DNA of 64,000 nucleotides from an uncultured Eubacteriales bacterium. Lineage in GTDB: Bacteria > Bacillota > Clostridia > Christensenellales > Christensenellaceae. Position 1 is the first letter of the stretch. Each line of letters opens with the position of its first letter. The notes beneath the pieces are model-generated. The model was not told the DNA's origin and ran no database searches. It worked only from the letters and a program-made list of their open reading frames with translations. The position numbers were made by a program, and so were the translations under genes. The stretch is taken from contig CAOKKG010000002.1 in assembly GCA_948468985.1 (NCBI GenBank), positions 7,704-71,703 of the forward strand, read 5' to 3'. Positions 19,729 to 29,898 of this stretch are shown piece after piece.

Positions 19729-19758
19729 AAAAAAAGCTCCCACACGGGAGCTTTTTTT
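19729..19758. terminator. Bidirectional terminator between pdaA and the amino-acid operon
   Basis: AAAAAAAGCTCCC-ACAC-GGGAGCTTTTTTT. Confidence 0.9.
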
Positions 19759-19772
19759 GTGTTTTCTTCGGT

Positions 19773-20963
19773 TTAGTCCATCTGCAAATAGGCGGACAGC
19801 TTGCCTAGCCGATCGATCGCCTCGCGCAGGGAATCCTCGCTGCGCGCGAAGTGCAGGCGGATCAGGTGGTTGATGGGTTCCCGGAAGAAGCTGGACCCCG
19901 GCACGGCGGCCACGCCGACTTCCTCAATCATCCATTCGCAGAATTGCAGGTCCGTCCATCCCTGGAACTTCGGCTTGGCCAAAAAGTCGGAAATATCCAC
20001 CAAAATGAAGTATGACCCCTGCGGCGCCGTGTGCTTCAGGCCGATGGAATCCAGCCCGTCCATGAAAATCTGCCGCTTTTTGGCGTACATGGCGCCCAAT
20101 TCGTCGTAATAGTCCTGCCCCAGGCCATAGGCGGCGCAAGCGGCCTCCTGCAAGGGTGCAGGCGCGCCCACCGTCAAAAAATCATGCACCTTTTTGACAT
20201 TTTCGGCCACCGCCGGCGGCGCAATCAAAAACCCGAGCCGCCATCCCGTGATGGAGAAGGTCTTGGACAGCGAATTGCAGGTGATAACCCGCTCGCGCCC
20301 GCCCGGCAGCGACGCCGCCGCGATATGCGTATACGGGGCGAATACGATGTGTTCATACACCTCGTCTGTGATGACAAAGGCGTCGTATTTCTCCGCAAGC
20401 GAGAGAATGTAGGTAAGCTCTTCCCGCGTGAATACCTTGCCGCACGGGTTCGAAGGGTTGCACACGATGATCGCCTTGACGCCCTCCTGGAATGCGGCCT
20501 CCAGCGCCTGCTTGTCAAAGTCAAATTCCGGCGGATTGAGCGGAACATAAATGGGCTCTGCCCCGGACAGGATCGCATCCGCGCCATAGTTTTCATAAAA
20601 CGGGCTAAAGACAATCACCTTGTCGCCCGGGTCGCAGACGGTCATCATCGCCGCCATCATGGCCTCGGTCGACCCGCAGGTCACGACGATCTCGCTTTCC
20701 GGGTCGATGTCATAGCCAAAGCGGGGCGAATACTTCGCCGCGATGCACTTGCGCAGGTTCTCTGAACCAAAGGTGATGGAATACTGATGCTGCTCGCCGC
20801 CGCTGGCCATCTTGGCCAGGGCGTCGAGCAGCACCTGGGGCGGATCGAAATCCGGAAAGCCCTGGGAGAGGTTGATGCTCCCCTCCCGGGCGTCGCTGAT
20901 TCGCGTCATCCGCCGAATTACGGAATCCGTAAATGTATCGACGCGCTTACTCAACTTGGGCAT
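19773..20963 (-). CDS. Class I PLP aminotransferase, YbdL/kynurenine-glutamine transaminase-like
   Basis: INLSQGFPDF, GSTEAM, NPSNPCGKVF, DEVYEH, SLSKTFSITGWRLG. Confidence 0.9.
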   Translation of the reverse strand: MPKLSKRVDTFTDSVIRRMTRISDAREGSINLSQGFPDFDPPQVLLDALAKMASGGEQHQYSITFGSENLRKCIAAKYSPRFGYDIDPESEIVVTCGSTEAMMAAMMTVCDPGDKVIVFSPFYENYGADAILSGAEPIYVPLNPPEFDFDKQALEAAFQEGVKAIIVCNPSNPCGKVFTREELTYILSLAEKYDAFVITDEVYEHIVFAPYTHIAAASLPGGRERVITCNSLSKTFSITGWRLGFLIAPPAVAENVKKVHDFLTVGAPAPLQEAACAAYGLGQDYYDELGAMYAKKRQIFMDGLDSIGLKHTAPQGSYFILVDISDFLAKPKFQGWTDLQFCEWMIEEVGVAAVPGSSFFREPINHLIRLHFARSEDSLREAIDRLGKLSAYLQMD

Positions 20964-20972
20964 AGCTTCTTT

Positions 20973-21776
20973 TTATTCCTCCGGCATGAGCGCCTGAGCG
21001 TCGAGCGTGTACTTGGAAATCAGATCCTCATCCACAACCTTTTTGACGATCTCGTTCAGCTTGGCCAAAAATTCCTCGTCGCCCTTCTGCACGCCGATGC
21101 GGATGCCGCTGTCAGCCGAACGCTCAAAGGTGAGCGGGCAAATCGCAAGGCTCGGATCCGCGCTGACATACGCCTTGGCGACCAATTCGTCCATGAGCGC
21201 ACCCTCGACCTTGCCGTTCTGCACTTCGAGGATCAGATCCTGCACCTTGGTGAGGCCGACGACACTGTCCTGGCCCGCGAATTCCACGGCCTTGTCATAC
21301 GGTTTTGCACCCGTCTGCGCCGCGACCTTGTGGCCTTCGATGTCCTCCGGCTTTGTGAAGTTCGACGCCACATCCTTTTTCATAATGACCACGGTGTCCG
21401 TATAGTACACGATATCCGTGAAGTCGATGCTCTTCCGACGGTTGTCGTCCGCGCTCATGCAGGCGGCGACGATGTCGAATTCGCCCTGCTTGAGGCTCAT
21501 AACAAGGTTGTCAAAGGACATGTCCACAACCTTGAGCTTGACGCCGAGTTCGTCCGCAATGTGCTGGCACAGCGAGATGTCGATGCCGACAATCGTGTCC
21601 GCTCCATCCACTTCCGTGTGGAATTCAAACGGCGCATAGTCAGCGGAGGTGCCGACCACGAGTTCGCCGGCCTCCTTGATCTGTTCGAGTTTGCTCTTTT
21701 CTTCCTTCTTCTTGCCGCAGGCGGCGACGCCGAACAGCGTCATGACCGCGAGTGCGAATGCTAAAAACTTTTTCAT
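20973..21776 (-). CDS. Polar amino-acid ABC transporter substrate-binding lipoprotein
   Basis: Lipobox VAAC; GTSADYAPFEF, G-x-DI, RRKSIDFT. Confidence 0.93.
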   Translation of the reverse strand: MKKFLAFALAVMTLFGVAACGKKKEEKSKLEQIKEAGELVVGTSADYAPFEFHTEVDGADTIVGIDISLCQHIADELGVKLKVVDMSFDNLVMSLKQGEFDIVAACMSADDNRRKSIDFTDIVYYTDTVVIMKKDVASNFTKPEDIEGHKVAAQTGAKPYDKAVEFAGQDSVVGLTKVQDLILEVQNGKVEGALMDELVAKAYVSADPSLAICPLTFERSADSGIRIGVQKGDEEFLAKLNEIVKKVVDEDLISKYTLDAQALMPEE

Positions 21777-21810
21777 CGCAGCATTTCTCCTTTATGTACG
21801 ATTTTGAAAT

Positions 21811-22842
21811 TTATTCCCAGAGGGGCTTATCCCACAGGTTTACTTTGGTGCCGATGCCCTTTTCCATCGCGTTCAGGTACATTTGATACCCGATCATGAT
21901 GTCCAGCGCGCCGAGGCCCATGGAGGCCGACATGACAAATTGGTCGTCCGAAGTGCGCAGTTTCTTTTCGCCGAGCACGAGCTGGCAAAGGTCGATGATC
22001 TCGCCTTCGGCGAGCTTGCCTTCCTTCGTGAGCTTGGAAAGCGGATTGACATGCTGCTTTAGCTGCGTCCAATAGTCCGCCGCTACCGCGTCCGCCGCGA
22101 GCACGACTTCCTCGCACACCTCGCCGGAGTGCATGGTCACGAGGCCGCAGCCGGGGGTCAGCCAGGACTTGTCGATGATCGGCTTGCGCGAGGTCGTCTC
22201 GCCCACGATGAGCTGGGATTTCAGCGCGCAGCCCTTGGAATCCGTCGAGGGGATGATCGTCACGCCGAGGCTGTCGCCATATTCCTTTGCGATCTCCTCT
22301 GCCTTTGCAAGGTCAAGGTCGCACAGGTACATCGTTTTAATCTGCGGGAGAGCCACATGGATAGCCGAGACCATCGTACGGCCGATGACGCCCGCGCCGA
22401 CCAGCGTAGCCGTCGTCGCGTTGGAGGGCGCCGTGTATTTCGCCATGACGCCGCCCACAGCCGAGGTGCGCATCGCCGTGATGAGCGTGCCGTCCAGGAT
22501 GCAGAACGGGAGCACCGTTTCCGGGTCGCTCAGGATGGAAATGTCGATGCCATAGGGAATGCCAGGGATGGTCGCGTTCTTCTTGGCCTCCGCCGCCCAC
22601 TTGACACCTGCGATGTTTACATCGCCACCGATATAGCAGGGCATGGAGTTGAAAAAGGACTGCCAGTTTTCCTTATCGGGAATGCTCGTGTTTGTCTTGG
22701 GCGGGTTCTTGATCTGCCCCTTGCCGAGCATCGCATAGGTCTTTTCGGTGACTTCGATGATCTGCTTCATGTCCAAGAGACCTGCATTTACTACATCTTC
22801 CTGTTTCAGGAACAGAATTTCCGGGTTTGTCGTGTGCAGCAT
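21811..22842 (-). CDS. Ornithine cyclodeaminase/mu-crystallin family protein
   Basis: MP-x-YIGG, GVKW, DGTLITAMRTSA, VGAGVIG, SMGLGALD. Confidence 0.88.
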   Translation of the reverse strand: MLHTTNPEILFLKQEDVVNAGLLDMKQIIEVTEKTYAMLGKGQIKNPPKTNTSIPDKENWQSFFNSMPCYIGGDVNIAGVKWAAEAKKNATIPGIPYGIDISILSDPETVLPFCILDGTLITAMRTSAVGGVMAKYTAPSNATTATLVGAGVIGRTMVSAIHVALPQIKTMYLCDLDLAKAEEIAKEYGDSLGVTIIPSTDSKGCALKSQLIVGETTSRKPIIDKSWLTPGCGLVTMHSGEVCEEVVLAADAVAADYWTQLKQHVNPLSKLTKEGKLAEGEIIDLCQLVLGEKKLRTSDDQFVMSASMGLGALDIMIGYQMYLNAMEKGIGTKVNLWDKPLWE

Positions 22843-22920
22843 AGTTGTAATCCTCCAAAATTTTGAATTTTTTTATTTATCGTATATTGTTTACTTTGTT
22901 TCCTCTGCGCGGCAGCCGCG

Positions 22921-23667
22921 TCAGATGACATTGATCACCTTGGACAAAAATTCCTTGGTCCGCGGGTTCTGCGGGTTTTCGAAGATGTCCTTCGGCGTTC
23001 CCTCCTCAGCGATCACGCCGCTATCCATGAACAGGACGCGTGTCGCGACCTTTTGCGCGAAACCCATCTCGTGCGTGACGACCACCATCGTGATCCCCTC
23101 CTTTGCGAGATTGGAGATCACCCCAAGTACCTCGCCCACCATTTCCGGGTCGAGCGCAGAGGTCGGCTCGTCAAACAGCAGGACATCCGGCTCCATCGCG
23201 AGCGCCCGCACAATCGCAATGCGCTGCTTCTGCCCGCCGGAGAGCTGCGAGGGGTACGCCTCCGCCTTGTCGGCCAGACCGACCCGGGCGAGCAGTTCCA
23301 TCGCCTTCTTTTCGGCCTCTTCTTTTTTCACATGCTTGACCTTGTCGAGCGCGATGGTCACATTGTCCAGCACATTCAGGTTGTTAAACAGGTTGAACTG
23401 CTGAAAGACCATACCCACCTTTTGCCGGTGCTTGTTGACATCAAAGCCCTTGGCCGTGATGTCCGTGCCTTCAAAGATAATCTGCCCGCTCGTCGGCTTT
23501 TCGAGGAGATTCAGGCATCGGATGAAGGTGGACTTGCCGCCGCCGGACGGCCCGATAATCGCCGCGACATCGCCCTTCTGAAAGGTCGCGTTAATCCCCT
23601 TTAGCACATCGAGCTTGCCAAAGCTCTTGGTGAGATCCTTGACCTCAAACATGACTTCACTTTTCAC
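22921..23667 (-). CDS. Polar amino-acid ABC transporter ATP-binding protein (GlnQ-like)
   Basis: [34 protein letters not shown]. Confidence 0.95.
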   Translation of the reverse strand: MKSEVMFEVKDLTKSFGKLDVLKGINATFQKGDVAAIIGPSGGGKSTFIRCLNLLEKPTSGQIIFEGTDITAKGFDVNKHRQKVGMVFQQFNLFNNLNVLDNVTIALDKVKHVKKEEAEKKAMELLARVGLADKAEAYPSQLSGGQKQRIAIVRALAMEPDVLLFDEPTSALDPEMVGEVLGVISNLAKEGITMVVVTHEMGFAQKVATRVLFMDSGVIAEEGTPKDIFENPQNPRTKEFLSKVINVI

Positions 23668-24337
23668 TCTTCTTCAACCTCCTCTCAAATAGGCTCAGGC
23701 CCTTGCCGAGCAGGATATTCAGCACCAGGTAGATAATCGCCGAGATATAGTAGCACGGCAGCGGGTTGTAGGTCGCTGTCACGACGATGCCGTTGTTGTA
23801 CATCAGATCTGCGATGCCCAGGTACTGCACGATGGAGGTTTCCTTGACCATCGTGACGAATTCGTTGCCGATCGCGGGCAGGATGTTCTTGACCGCCTGC
23901 GGCAGGATGATGTAGCGCATCGCCTGTGACGCCGTCATCCCGCAGGAACGGGCCGCCTCGGTCTGCCCCACATCCACCGCCTGGATGCCTGCGCGGATGA
24001 TTTCCGCGATATAGGCCGCCGAGTTGATGGACAAGGCGATCATGCAGGGGATGGCCCGCTGCATATCCACGCCGAACAGCGTGCCCTGCGGATAGGGGAT
24101 GAAGTCCAGCTGATAATAGACGATATAGAGCTGCACCAGCATCGGCGTGCCGCGGATGATCGTGATATAGAGCTTGGAGAACCATTGCAGCGGCTTCACA
24201 TGGGAAAGCCGCATAAGCGCGATGGCGCATCCCAGGATCGCCCCGAAAAAGACGGTAAACAGCGCGACGACGATGGTCGTCTGGGTCCCTCGCAGGAAAT
24301 ATTGATAATACTGTGCGATGATCTCAAAGAATCCCAT
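23657..24337 (-). CDS. Polar amino-acid ABC transporter permease
   Basis: [30 protein letters not shown] loop, [11 protein letters not shown]. Confidence 0.95.
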   Translation of the reverse strand: MGFFEIIAQYYQYFLRGTQTTIVVALFTVFFGAILGCAIALMRLSHVKPLQWFSKLYITIIRGTPMLVQLYIVYYQLDFIPYPQGTLFGVDMQRAIPCMIALSINSAAYIAEIIRAGIQAVDVGQTEAARSCGMTASQAMRYIILPQAVKNILPAIGNEFVTMVKETSIVQYLGIADLMYNNGIVVTATYNPLPCYYISAIIYLVLNILLGKGLSLFERRLKKSEK

Positions 24338-24376
24338 AATTCCTCTTCCTGTGTATTTGAAACTTTTGATGTATGC

Positions 24377-24405
24377 ATTGTATATTTATTCACGATATTT
24401 GTCAA
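24377..24405 (-). promoter_or_regulatory. Sigma-A promoter of the amino-acid ABC/OCD operon
   Basis: TTGACA-17nt-TACAAT. Confidence 0.85.
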
Positions 24406-24521
24406 TACCTAAAACTGCATTTTTTTAAAATTTGCAAAATTTCTGCGTTGTCATCCGAAAAGTCGCACTCCGCACCCGTTTTGCATAAATTCCTGTATAA
24501 ATGCATATATACATGCAAAGA

Positions 24522-24544
24522 GCGCCGGAAAGCTCTTCCGGCGC
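24522..24544 (-). terminator. Probable terminator hairpin after ileS
   Basis: GCGCCGGAA-5nt-TTCCGGCGC, followed by TCTTT on the minus strand. Confidence 0.6.
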
Positions 24545-24583
24545 CCCATATGCGTTTTTTTGGCGTATGCGTCGTTTTCTAGC

Positions 24584-27500
24584 TTATGCCTCGACCTTTT
24601 CCACGCCGAACACGGCCTGTTTGCCGTTGATGTCCCACTGCTTCGTATATCCGGCAAGGCGGCCCGTCTCAACCGATTCGGCAAGCGTGTCCGCCGCGAT
24701 CGAACCCGCATTGCGCGCGGCGATCGCCTCAACTTCTGCGCCCTCGGCTACAAAGATGCGGATGTGGTCGGTCACTTCGAACCCGGCCTCCTTGCGCATC
24801 GTCTGCACCTTGCTCACAATCTCGCGGACATTGCCTTCCTCCTCAAGCTCTGGCGTCAAATGCGTGTCGATGATGACGGCGAGGTCGCCCTCGACCTCCA
24901 CCGCAAAGCCCTCCTTCTGCACCGGCTCGATGAGCAGGTCGCTTTCCTCCAACTCGACCGGCTGCCCATTCGCGTCGAAGCAGTACTTCGCCCCGCTGCG
25001 GACGACGCGCACAATCTCGCGCCCGCTCACCTCGGCGAAATGCTTGCGGATCGCGCCCAGCGCTTTGCCGTATTTCGGTCCCAGCGTGCGCAGCTGCGGC
25101 TTGACGATATAGTCGATGTATTCGTCCGCCGCCGCGCCGAAGTGCACTTCCTTCACATTGAGCTCACCCCGCACGACATCGGCGTACATCGCGGGGAGGC
25201 TGTCCAGCCCGCCCACATACAGCGCGGAGATCGGCTGCCGGTTTTTGATGTTCGCCCCATTGCGGCATGCGCGGCCCAGCGCCACGATGCGCAGCACAGC
25301 GTCCATATTTTTCTCCAGTTCCGCATCCACGCGCGCCGCGTCCACCGTCGGATAGCTGGAAAGGTGCACGCTCTCCGGCGCGGCCTTGTCCACACTGCGC
25401 ACAAGGTTTTGATAGATGCTCTCCGCCACGAACGGCACAAACGGCGCGATCAAGCGGCAGAAGGTCTCGAGCACGGTGTACAGCGTCATATAGGCGTCCA
25501 CCTTATCCTGCGTCATCTCCGCGCCCCAATAGCGCTCACGGCAGCGGCGGACATACCAGTTCGACAGCTCATCCACAAACGCGGAAAGCTCCTTGGATGC
25601 CTCGGTGATGAGGTACTTGTCAAGGTAGCCGCGCACAGACGCGACCGTGGAATTGAGCCGCGACAGGATCCAGCGGTCCATGACGCCAAGATCGTCCCGC
25701 AGCGTGTGCTTGGTGGGGTCGAACTGGTCGATCTCTGCATAGAGGATGTAGAACGCATAGGTGTTCCACAGCGTGCCCATGAAGCGGCGCTGCGCCTCCG
25801 AGACGGCCTCATCATAGAACCGGCTGGGCAGCCACGGCGCGGAGTTGGTGTAGAAATACCACCGCACGGCATCGGCGCCCTGTTTATTCAGCACATCCCA
25901 TGGATTCACGACATTGCCGAGGTGCTTGCTCATCTTCTTGCCTTCCTTGTCCTGCACGAGCCCCAGCACGATGCAGTTTTCGAACGGCGCTCGGTCGAAG
26001 AGCAGCGCGCCGATGGCGGACAAGGTATAGAACCAGCCTCTCGTCTGGTCGACGGCCTCGCTGATGAAGTTGGCCGGGAAGTGCTTTTCAAACGCCTCCT
26101 TATTTTCAAACGGGTAGTGCCACTGCGCGAACGGCATGGAGCCGGAGTCGAACCAGCAGTCGATGACTTCCTTTTCGCGCTTCATCTTTTTGCCGCAGAC
26201 CGGGCAGGTGAGCTCCACCGCGTCGATGAACGGCTTGTGTAGCTCGATGTCCGCCGGGACATGGTCGCCCATGCGGCAGAGTTCCTCGCGGCTGCCCACG
26301 ACATGCACATGCCCGCATTCGCAGGTCCACACCGGAAGCGGCGTGCCCCAATAGCGTTCGCGCGAGATGCCCCAATCGATGACATTGTCCAGGAAGTTGC
26401 CCATCCGGCCCTCGCGGATGTTGTCCGGCAGCCAGTGGATCGCGTTGTTGTTGCGCATGAGCTCGTCGTGCAGCGCGGTCATCTTGATGAACCAAGTGCT
26501 GCGCGCATAGTAGATAAGCGGCGTGTCGCAGCGCCAGCAATGCGGATAGCTGTGCGTGAACACGGGCGCGTCAAACAGCTTGCCCTCCTTAGACAATGCA
26601 TCCAGGATGAGCGGGTCGGCCTTCTTGACGAACACACCGTCCCACGGGGTGCCGCCGCACATCTCGCCCTTGGTGTCCACCATCTGCACAAAGGGCAGGC
26701 CGTTTTCGCGGCAGACGCGCGCGTCGTCCTCACCAAAGGCCGGCGCGTTGTGCACGATGCCCGTGCCGTCCGTCGTCGTGACATAGTCGTCCGCGATGAC
26801 ATAAAACGCGTCCTTGCCGCCGCAGGCCGCCGCTGTGCAGGAGAACAGCGGTTCATAGTGCATACCCACGAGGTCACGGCCCTTATAGTGCCGCTCGACT
26901 GTGATGTCCTCGCCCAAAAGCTTTTCCGCCAGCGCCTCGGCCAGGATGTAGTGATACTCTCCGGCCTTGACCTTCACATAGTCCACCTCGCCATTGACGC
27001 ACAGGCAGACATTGCTCGGCAGCGTCCAGGGCGTGGTCGTCCACGCAAGGAAGTAGGTGTCCGGCTCGGTCGTGGACTTGAAACGGACAGTCGCGGATTT
27101 TTCCGTCACATCCTTATACCCCTGCGCGACCTCGTGCGAGGAAAGCGCCGTCCCACAGCGCGGGCAGTAGGGCACGACCTTGTGGCCCTTATACAGGAGA
27201 CCCTTTTCGTGGATCTTCTTGAGCGCCCACCATTCGGACTCGATGTAGTTGTCCTCATAGGTGATGTAGGGGTGCTCCATGTCCGCCCAATACCCGACGC
27301 GATCGGAGAGGCGTTCCCATTCGCCCTTATACTGCCAAACGCTCTGCTTGCACTTCTGGATGAATTCCTCGACGCCATACGCCTCGATCTGTTCCTTGCC
27401 GTCTAGGCCGAGCTGCTTTTCCACCTCCAGCTCCACAGGCAGGCCGTGCGTGTCCCACCCGGCCTTGCGCAGGACATTATAGCCGTCCATCGCCTTATAG

Positions 27501-27709
27501 CGCGGGAAGAGGTCCTTGATGCTGCGCGTCAGCACATGGCCGATGTGCGGCTTGCCGTTGGCCGTCGGCGGACCGTCATAGAAGGTATAGTCCGGCTTGC
27601 CCTCCCCCTGCTTCTGCGCCTTTTTGAAGATGTCCTGCTTTTTCCAAAAATCCAGAACCTGTTCCTCGCGGGCGACGAAGTTCAGATCCGTTGAAACCTT
27701 TTCGTACAT
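24584..27709 (-). CDS. ileS: Isoleucyl-tRNA synthetase (type 2-like)
   Basis: DGPPTANG-x-PHIGH, GWDTHGLP, DWGISRER-x-WG, DQTRGWFY, KMSKH; long C-terminus without a terminal Zn finger. Confidence 0.97.
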   Translation of the reverse strand: MYEKVSTDLNFVAREEQVLDFWKKQDIFKKAQKQGEGKPDYTFYDGPPTANGKPHIGHVLTRSIKDLFPRYKAMDGYNVLRKAGWDTHGLPVELEVEKQLGLDGKEQIEAYGVEEFIQKCKQSVWQYKGEWERLSDRVGYWADMEHPYITYEDNYIESEWWALKKIHEKGLLYKGHKVVPYCPRCGTALSSHEVAQGYKDVTEKSATVRFKSTTEPDTYFLAWTTTPWTLPSNVCLCVNGEVDYVKVKAGEYHYILAEALAEKLLGEDITVERHYKGRDLVGMHYEPLFSCTAAACGGKDAFYVIADDYVTTTDGTGIVHNAPAFGEDDARVCRENGLPFVQMVDTKGEMCGGTPWDGVFVKKADPLILDALSKEGKLFDAPVFTHSYPHCWRCDTPLIYYARSTWFIKMTALHDELMRNNNAIHWLPDNIREGRMGNFLDNVIDWGISRERYWGTPLPVWTCECGHVHVVGSREELCRMGDHVPADIELHKPFIDAVELTCPVCGKKMKREKEVIDCWFDSGSMPFAQWHYPFENKEAFEKHFPANFISEAVDQTRGWFYTLSAIGALLFDRAPFENCIVLGLVQDKEGKKMSKHLGNVVNPWDVLNKQGADAVRWYFYTNSAPWLPSRFYDEAVSEAQRRFMGTLWNTYAFYILYAEIDQFDPTKHTLRDDLGVMDRWILSRLNSTVASVRGYLDKYLITEASKELSAFVDELSNWYVRRCRERYWGAEMTQDKVDAYMTLYTVLETFCRLIAPFVPFVAESIYQNLVRSVDKAAPESVHLSSYPTVDAARVDAELEKNMDAVLRIVALGRACRNGANIKNRQPISALYVGGLDSLPAMYADVVRGELNVKEVHFGAAADEYIDYIVKPQLRTLGPKYGKALGAIRKHFAEVSGREIVRVVRSGAKYCFDANGQPVELEESDLLIEPVQKEGFAVEVEGDLAVIIDTHLTPELEEEGNVREIVSKVQTMRKEAGFEVTDHIRIFVAEGAEVEAIAARNAGSIAADTLAESVETGRLAGYTKQWDINGKQAVFGVEKVEA

Positions 27710-27734
27710 AGCTCGTGCTCCTTTTCTCCGTTTG

Positions 27735-27985
27735 CAAAAATAAAAGCGGTCCCTCGCCATAGGGCGAGAGACCGCGTTACCACCTAAATTCCTTTTCTAT
27801 CCCACATGACAGAAAAGCTCTTGGCGCTCTAACGCACGCCGCGCGGCCGAAGCTGCCGGAAGGGAAGCCCTCCCCGGAAAGTGATCTCTTTCGCTTGGCT
27901 TGCCGCCGGGCTTCCACCTGTCCCCGGCTCTCTTGGGCGTTTCAAGCGCAGAATTGTCTTTCCCGCATTTCGCAATATCGATCTT
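27735..27985 (-). promoter_or_regulatory. T-box riboswitch, Ile specifier
   Basis: T-box AGGTGGTAACGCG (27773-27785), terminator GCGGTC..GACCGC with U-tract, specifier loop GAAAGAG-ATC (27883-27885), AGAGA and GGTGGAA elements. Confidence 0.92.
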
Positions 27986-27992
27986 ACCGCCT

Positions 27993-28021
27993 ATTATATG
28001 GGCTTTTTTCGGGTTTGTCAA
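27993..28021 (-). promoter_or_regulatory. Consensus sigma-A promoter of ileS
   Basis: TTGACA-17nt-TATAAT. Confidence 0.9.
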
Positions 28022-28268
28022 CGCCAAAAACGCCAAAAAGGAGCTTACCCATGTCGGCCATACAAAACGAGTCTTCGCGGCGACATTCCTCCCGGCCGGC
28101 CGTTTGCCCCCCGGACACTTCGCGGCCGCATGAGATCGGTATTCGTTTCCGGTCGATGATTTCCATTTTTTGCATTTGTAAACTCCCTGTCGGACAAGTT
28201 GTAATTTGTCGAAAAACTGCTATACTGAAAGCAGAGTTGAATTATTTGATGTAAGGAAAGGTTTATTG

Positions 28269-29660
28269 ATGAAACGGTTTTTGACAAGACATCTGCCCTG
28301 CCTCCTGTTGGTGTTGGGGCTTCTTTTTTCTGCGCCTGCCTGCAAAAAAGTGAAGCCCACCTTCGTGCCCTATTACGCCGCGCACACCCCCTCTGCCTGG
28401 GAAACGCAGGATGCGACGCTGCTCTCCAATATGCCGCGCCCGGATTCCGACACGCAGAGCGGCATGCCGCACCTGTACTATGCAATCTTCGCCCCGACGA
28501 CCGGAAATTCTGCCCTAGACGCCGCGGTGACGGACTTCATTCACAAAGAAATTGCCGCCGCGCAGAGCGTGTATACCGACGAGGACGCAGGGCTGAATCT
28601 AGACTACACGCTGTCCGTGTTTTTGTCCAAGCTCGGCAAGATCCTCTACACCGGCTTTTCCTGCCCGATCTCCGGCAAGCAGACCTCGGGCGACCCCATC
28701 GCGCACGCCTTCTTCTATGAGGCGGAGTCCGGCACGGTCTATGCGGCCGCCGACCTGCTGAACCCGGAACAGCGCCCGACGCTGAACGCGCTCATAAATA
28801 ACGCCCTCCATGCGCAGGCCGCGCTGGAGGCGTCTGTAGACGACCTCAGCGAGGACGCACTGCTCTGTGCGCTGGAATTCACGGAGGCGGGCGCGGTCTT
28901 TCACTTTGCCGCCGGGGCGCTCGGCGAGGCGCAAAAGGAGGAATTGGCGCCGTCCGTGCCGTTTGAGGACATCGCCCCCTGCCTGGCCGACCCGGTATAC
29001 CGCCTGTTCGCGGACTACCTGCCGAAGCGCGGGCGGGAGATCGACTCGGATAAGCCCATGGTCGCGCTCACCTTTGACGATGGCCCGAGCAAATTCACCA
29101 CGCGCATCGCAGAGCTTGCCGAGCAGTACGGCGGCCGCGTCACCTTCTGCGTCGTCGGCAACCGCATCGAGCAGTTTAAGGATTCGCTCGTGCAGGTGAG
29201 CGAGGCGGGGCACGAGATTGCCAACCACACCTGGGAACACAAAAAGCTCACCAAGCTCTCCTATGAGGAGATCCAGTCGCAGATTCTGCGCACGAGCGAC
29301 AAGGTGCGCGAGCTCACCGGCAAGCCCACCAAGTTCATCCGCCCAACCTATGGGTCGGTCAACGACACGCTGCGGCAGTTTTCCCGGGACATGAAGATGC
29401 CCATCGCCAATTGGGAGGTGGACACACTCGACTGGAAGAGCCGCGACGCGGATTCCGTATATCAGATCTGCACGAGCGAAGTCAAGGACGGCGACATCGT
29501 CCTGTTCCACGACCTGTACGAGAGCACCTACCACGCCATCGAGCGCATCATCCCCGAGCTCGCGGCCAAGGGGTATCAATTCGTCACGCTGTCCGAGCTG
29601 GTGGAATATTCCGGCAAGGACATGGTCTATGGGAGCATCTACCGCAACGCCAAGGCCTAA
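28269..29660 (+). CDS. PgdA-like peptidoglycan/polysaccharide deacetylase lipoprotein
   Basis: Signal peptide with APAC lipobox; ALTFDDGP, HEIANHTWEH, IRPTYG, DTLDW, IVLFHD. Confidence 0.88.
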   Translation: MKRFLTRHLPCLLLVLGLLFSAPACKKVKPTFVPYYAAHTPSAWETQDATLLSNMPRPDSDTQSGMPHLYYAIFAPTTGNSALDAAVTDFIHKEIAAAQSVYTDEDAGLNLDYTLSVFLSKLGKILYTGFSCPISGKQTSGDPIAHAFFYEAESGTVYAAADLLNPEQRPTLNALINNALHAQAALEASVDDLSEDALLCALEFTEAGAVFHFAAGALGEAQKEELAPSVPFEDIAPCLADPVYRLFADYLPKRGREIDSDKPMVALTFDDGPSKFTTRIAELAEQYGGRVTFCVVGNRIEQFKDSLVQVSEAGHEIANHTWEHKKLTKLSYEEIQSQILRTSDKVRELTGKPTKFIRPTYGSVNDTLRQFSRDMKMPIANWEVDTLDWKSRDADSVYQICTSEVKDGDIVLFHDLYESTYHAIERIIPELAAKGYQFVTLSELVEYSGKDMVYGSIYRNAKA

Positions 29661-29898
29661 ACGCAAGGGAATATAGACGCAAAAACCACGAACCTGTAAA
29701 AAGGTGCGTGGTTTTTTGATGCCCAACAAAATACAGATGCATCCGCGGGAATGGAATGTCCGTTTTCCTTCGACACAGCCCTGTTCTCCCGGCTGCATGC
29801 CGTGTCCGGCCGTCGAAATGCTCCCCGGCAATGCATGTGGCTATGAAAGGCGCTCTTTTTTGAGCCGCATGTCCCCCCCTATATGGAAATGCAGGCGC

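Noticed and set aside
24420-24450. CodY-like AT-rich boxes (also near 38200 and 58560)
   Set aside because: Four or more mismatches to AATTTTCWGAAAATT within AT-rich promoter DNA.
24560-26242. Long antisense or alternate-frame ORFs (also 972-2312, 28599-29831, 32567-33811, 50173-51825 and many others)
   Set aside because: They shadow well-supported genes, have Arg/Ala/Gly-rich nonsense composition and lack an RBS, as expected in high-GC DNA.
29720-29898. Possible structured RNA between pgdA and rarA (TTCGAC/GTCGAA and CAGCC/GGCTG stems)
   Set aside because: Short stems are expected by chance at this GC content; no promoter or known motif.
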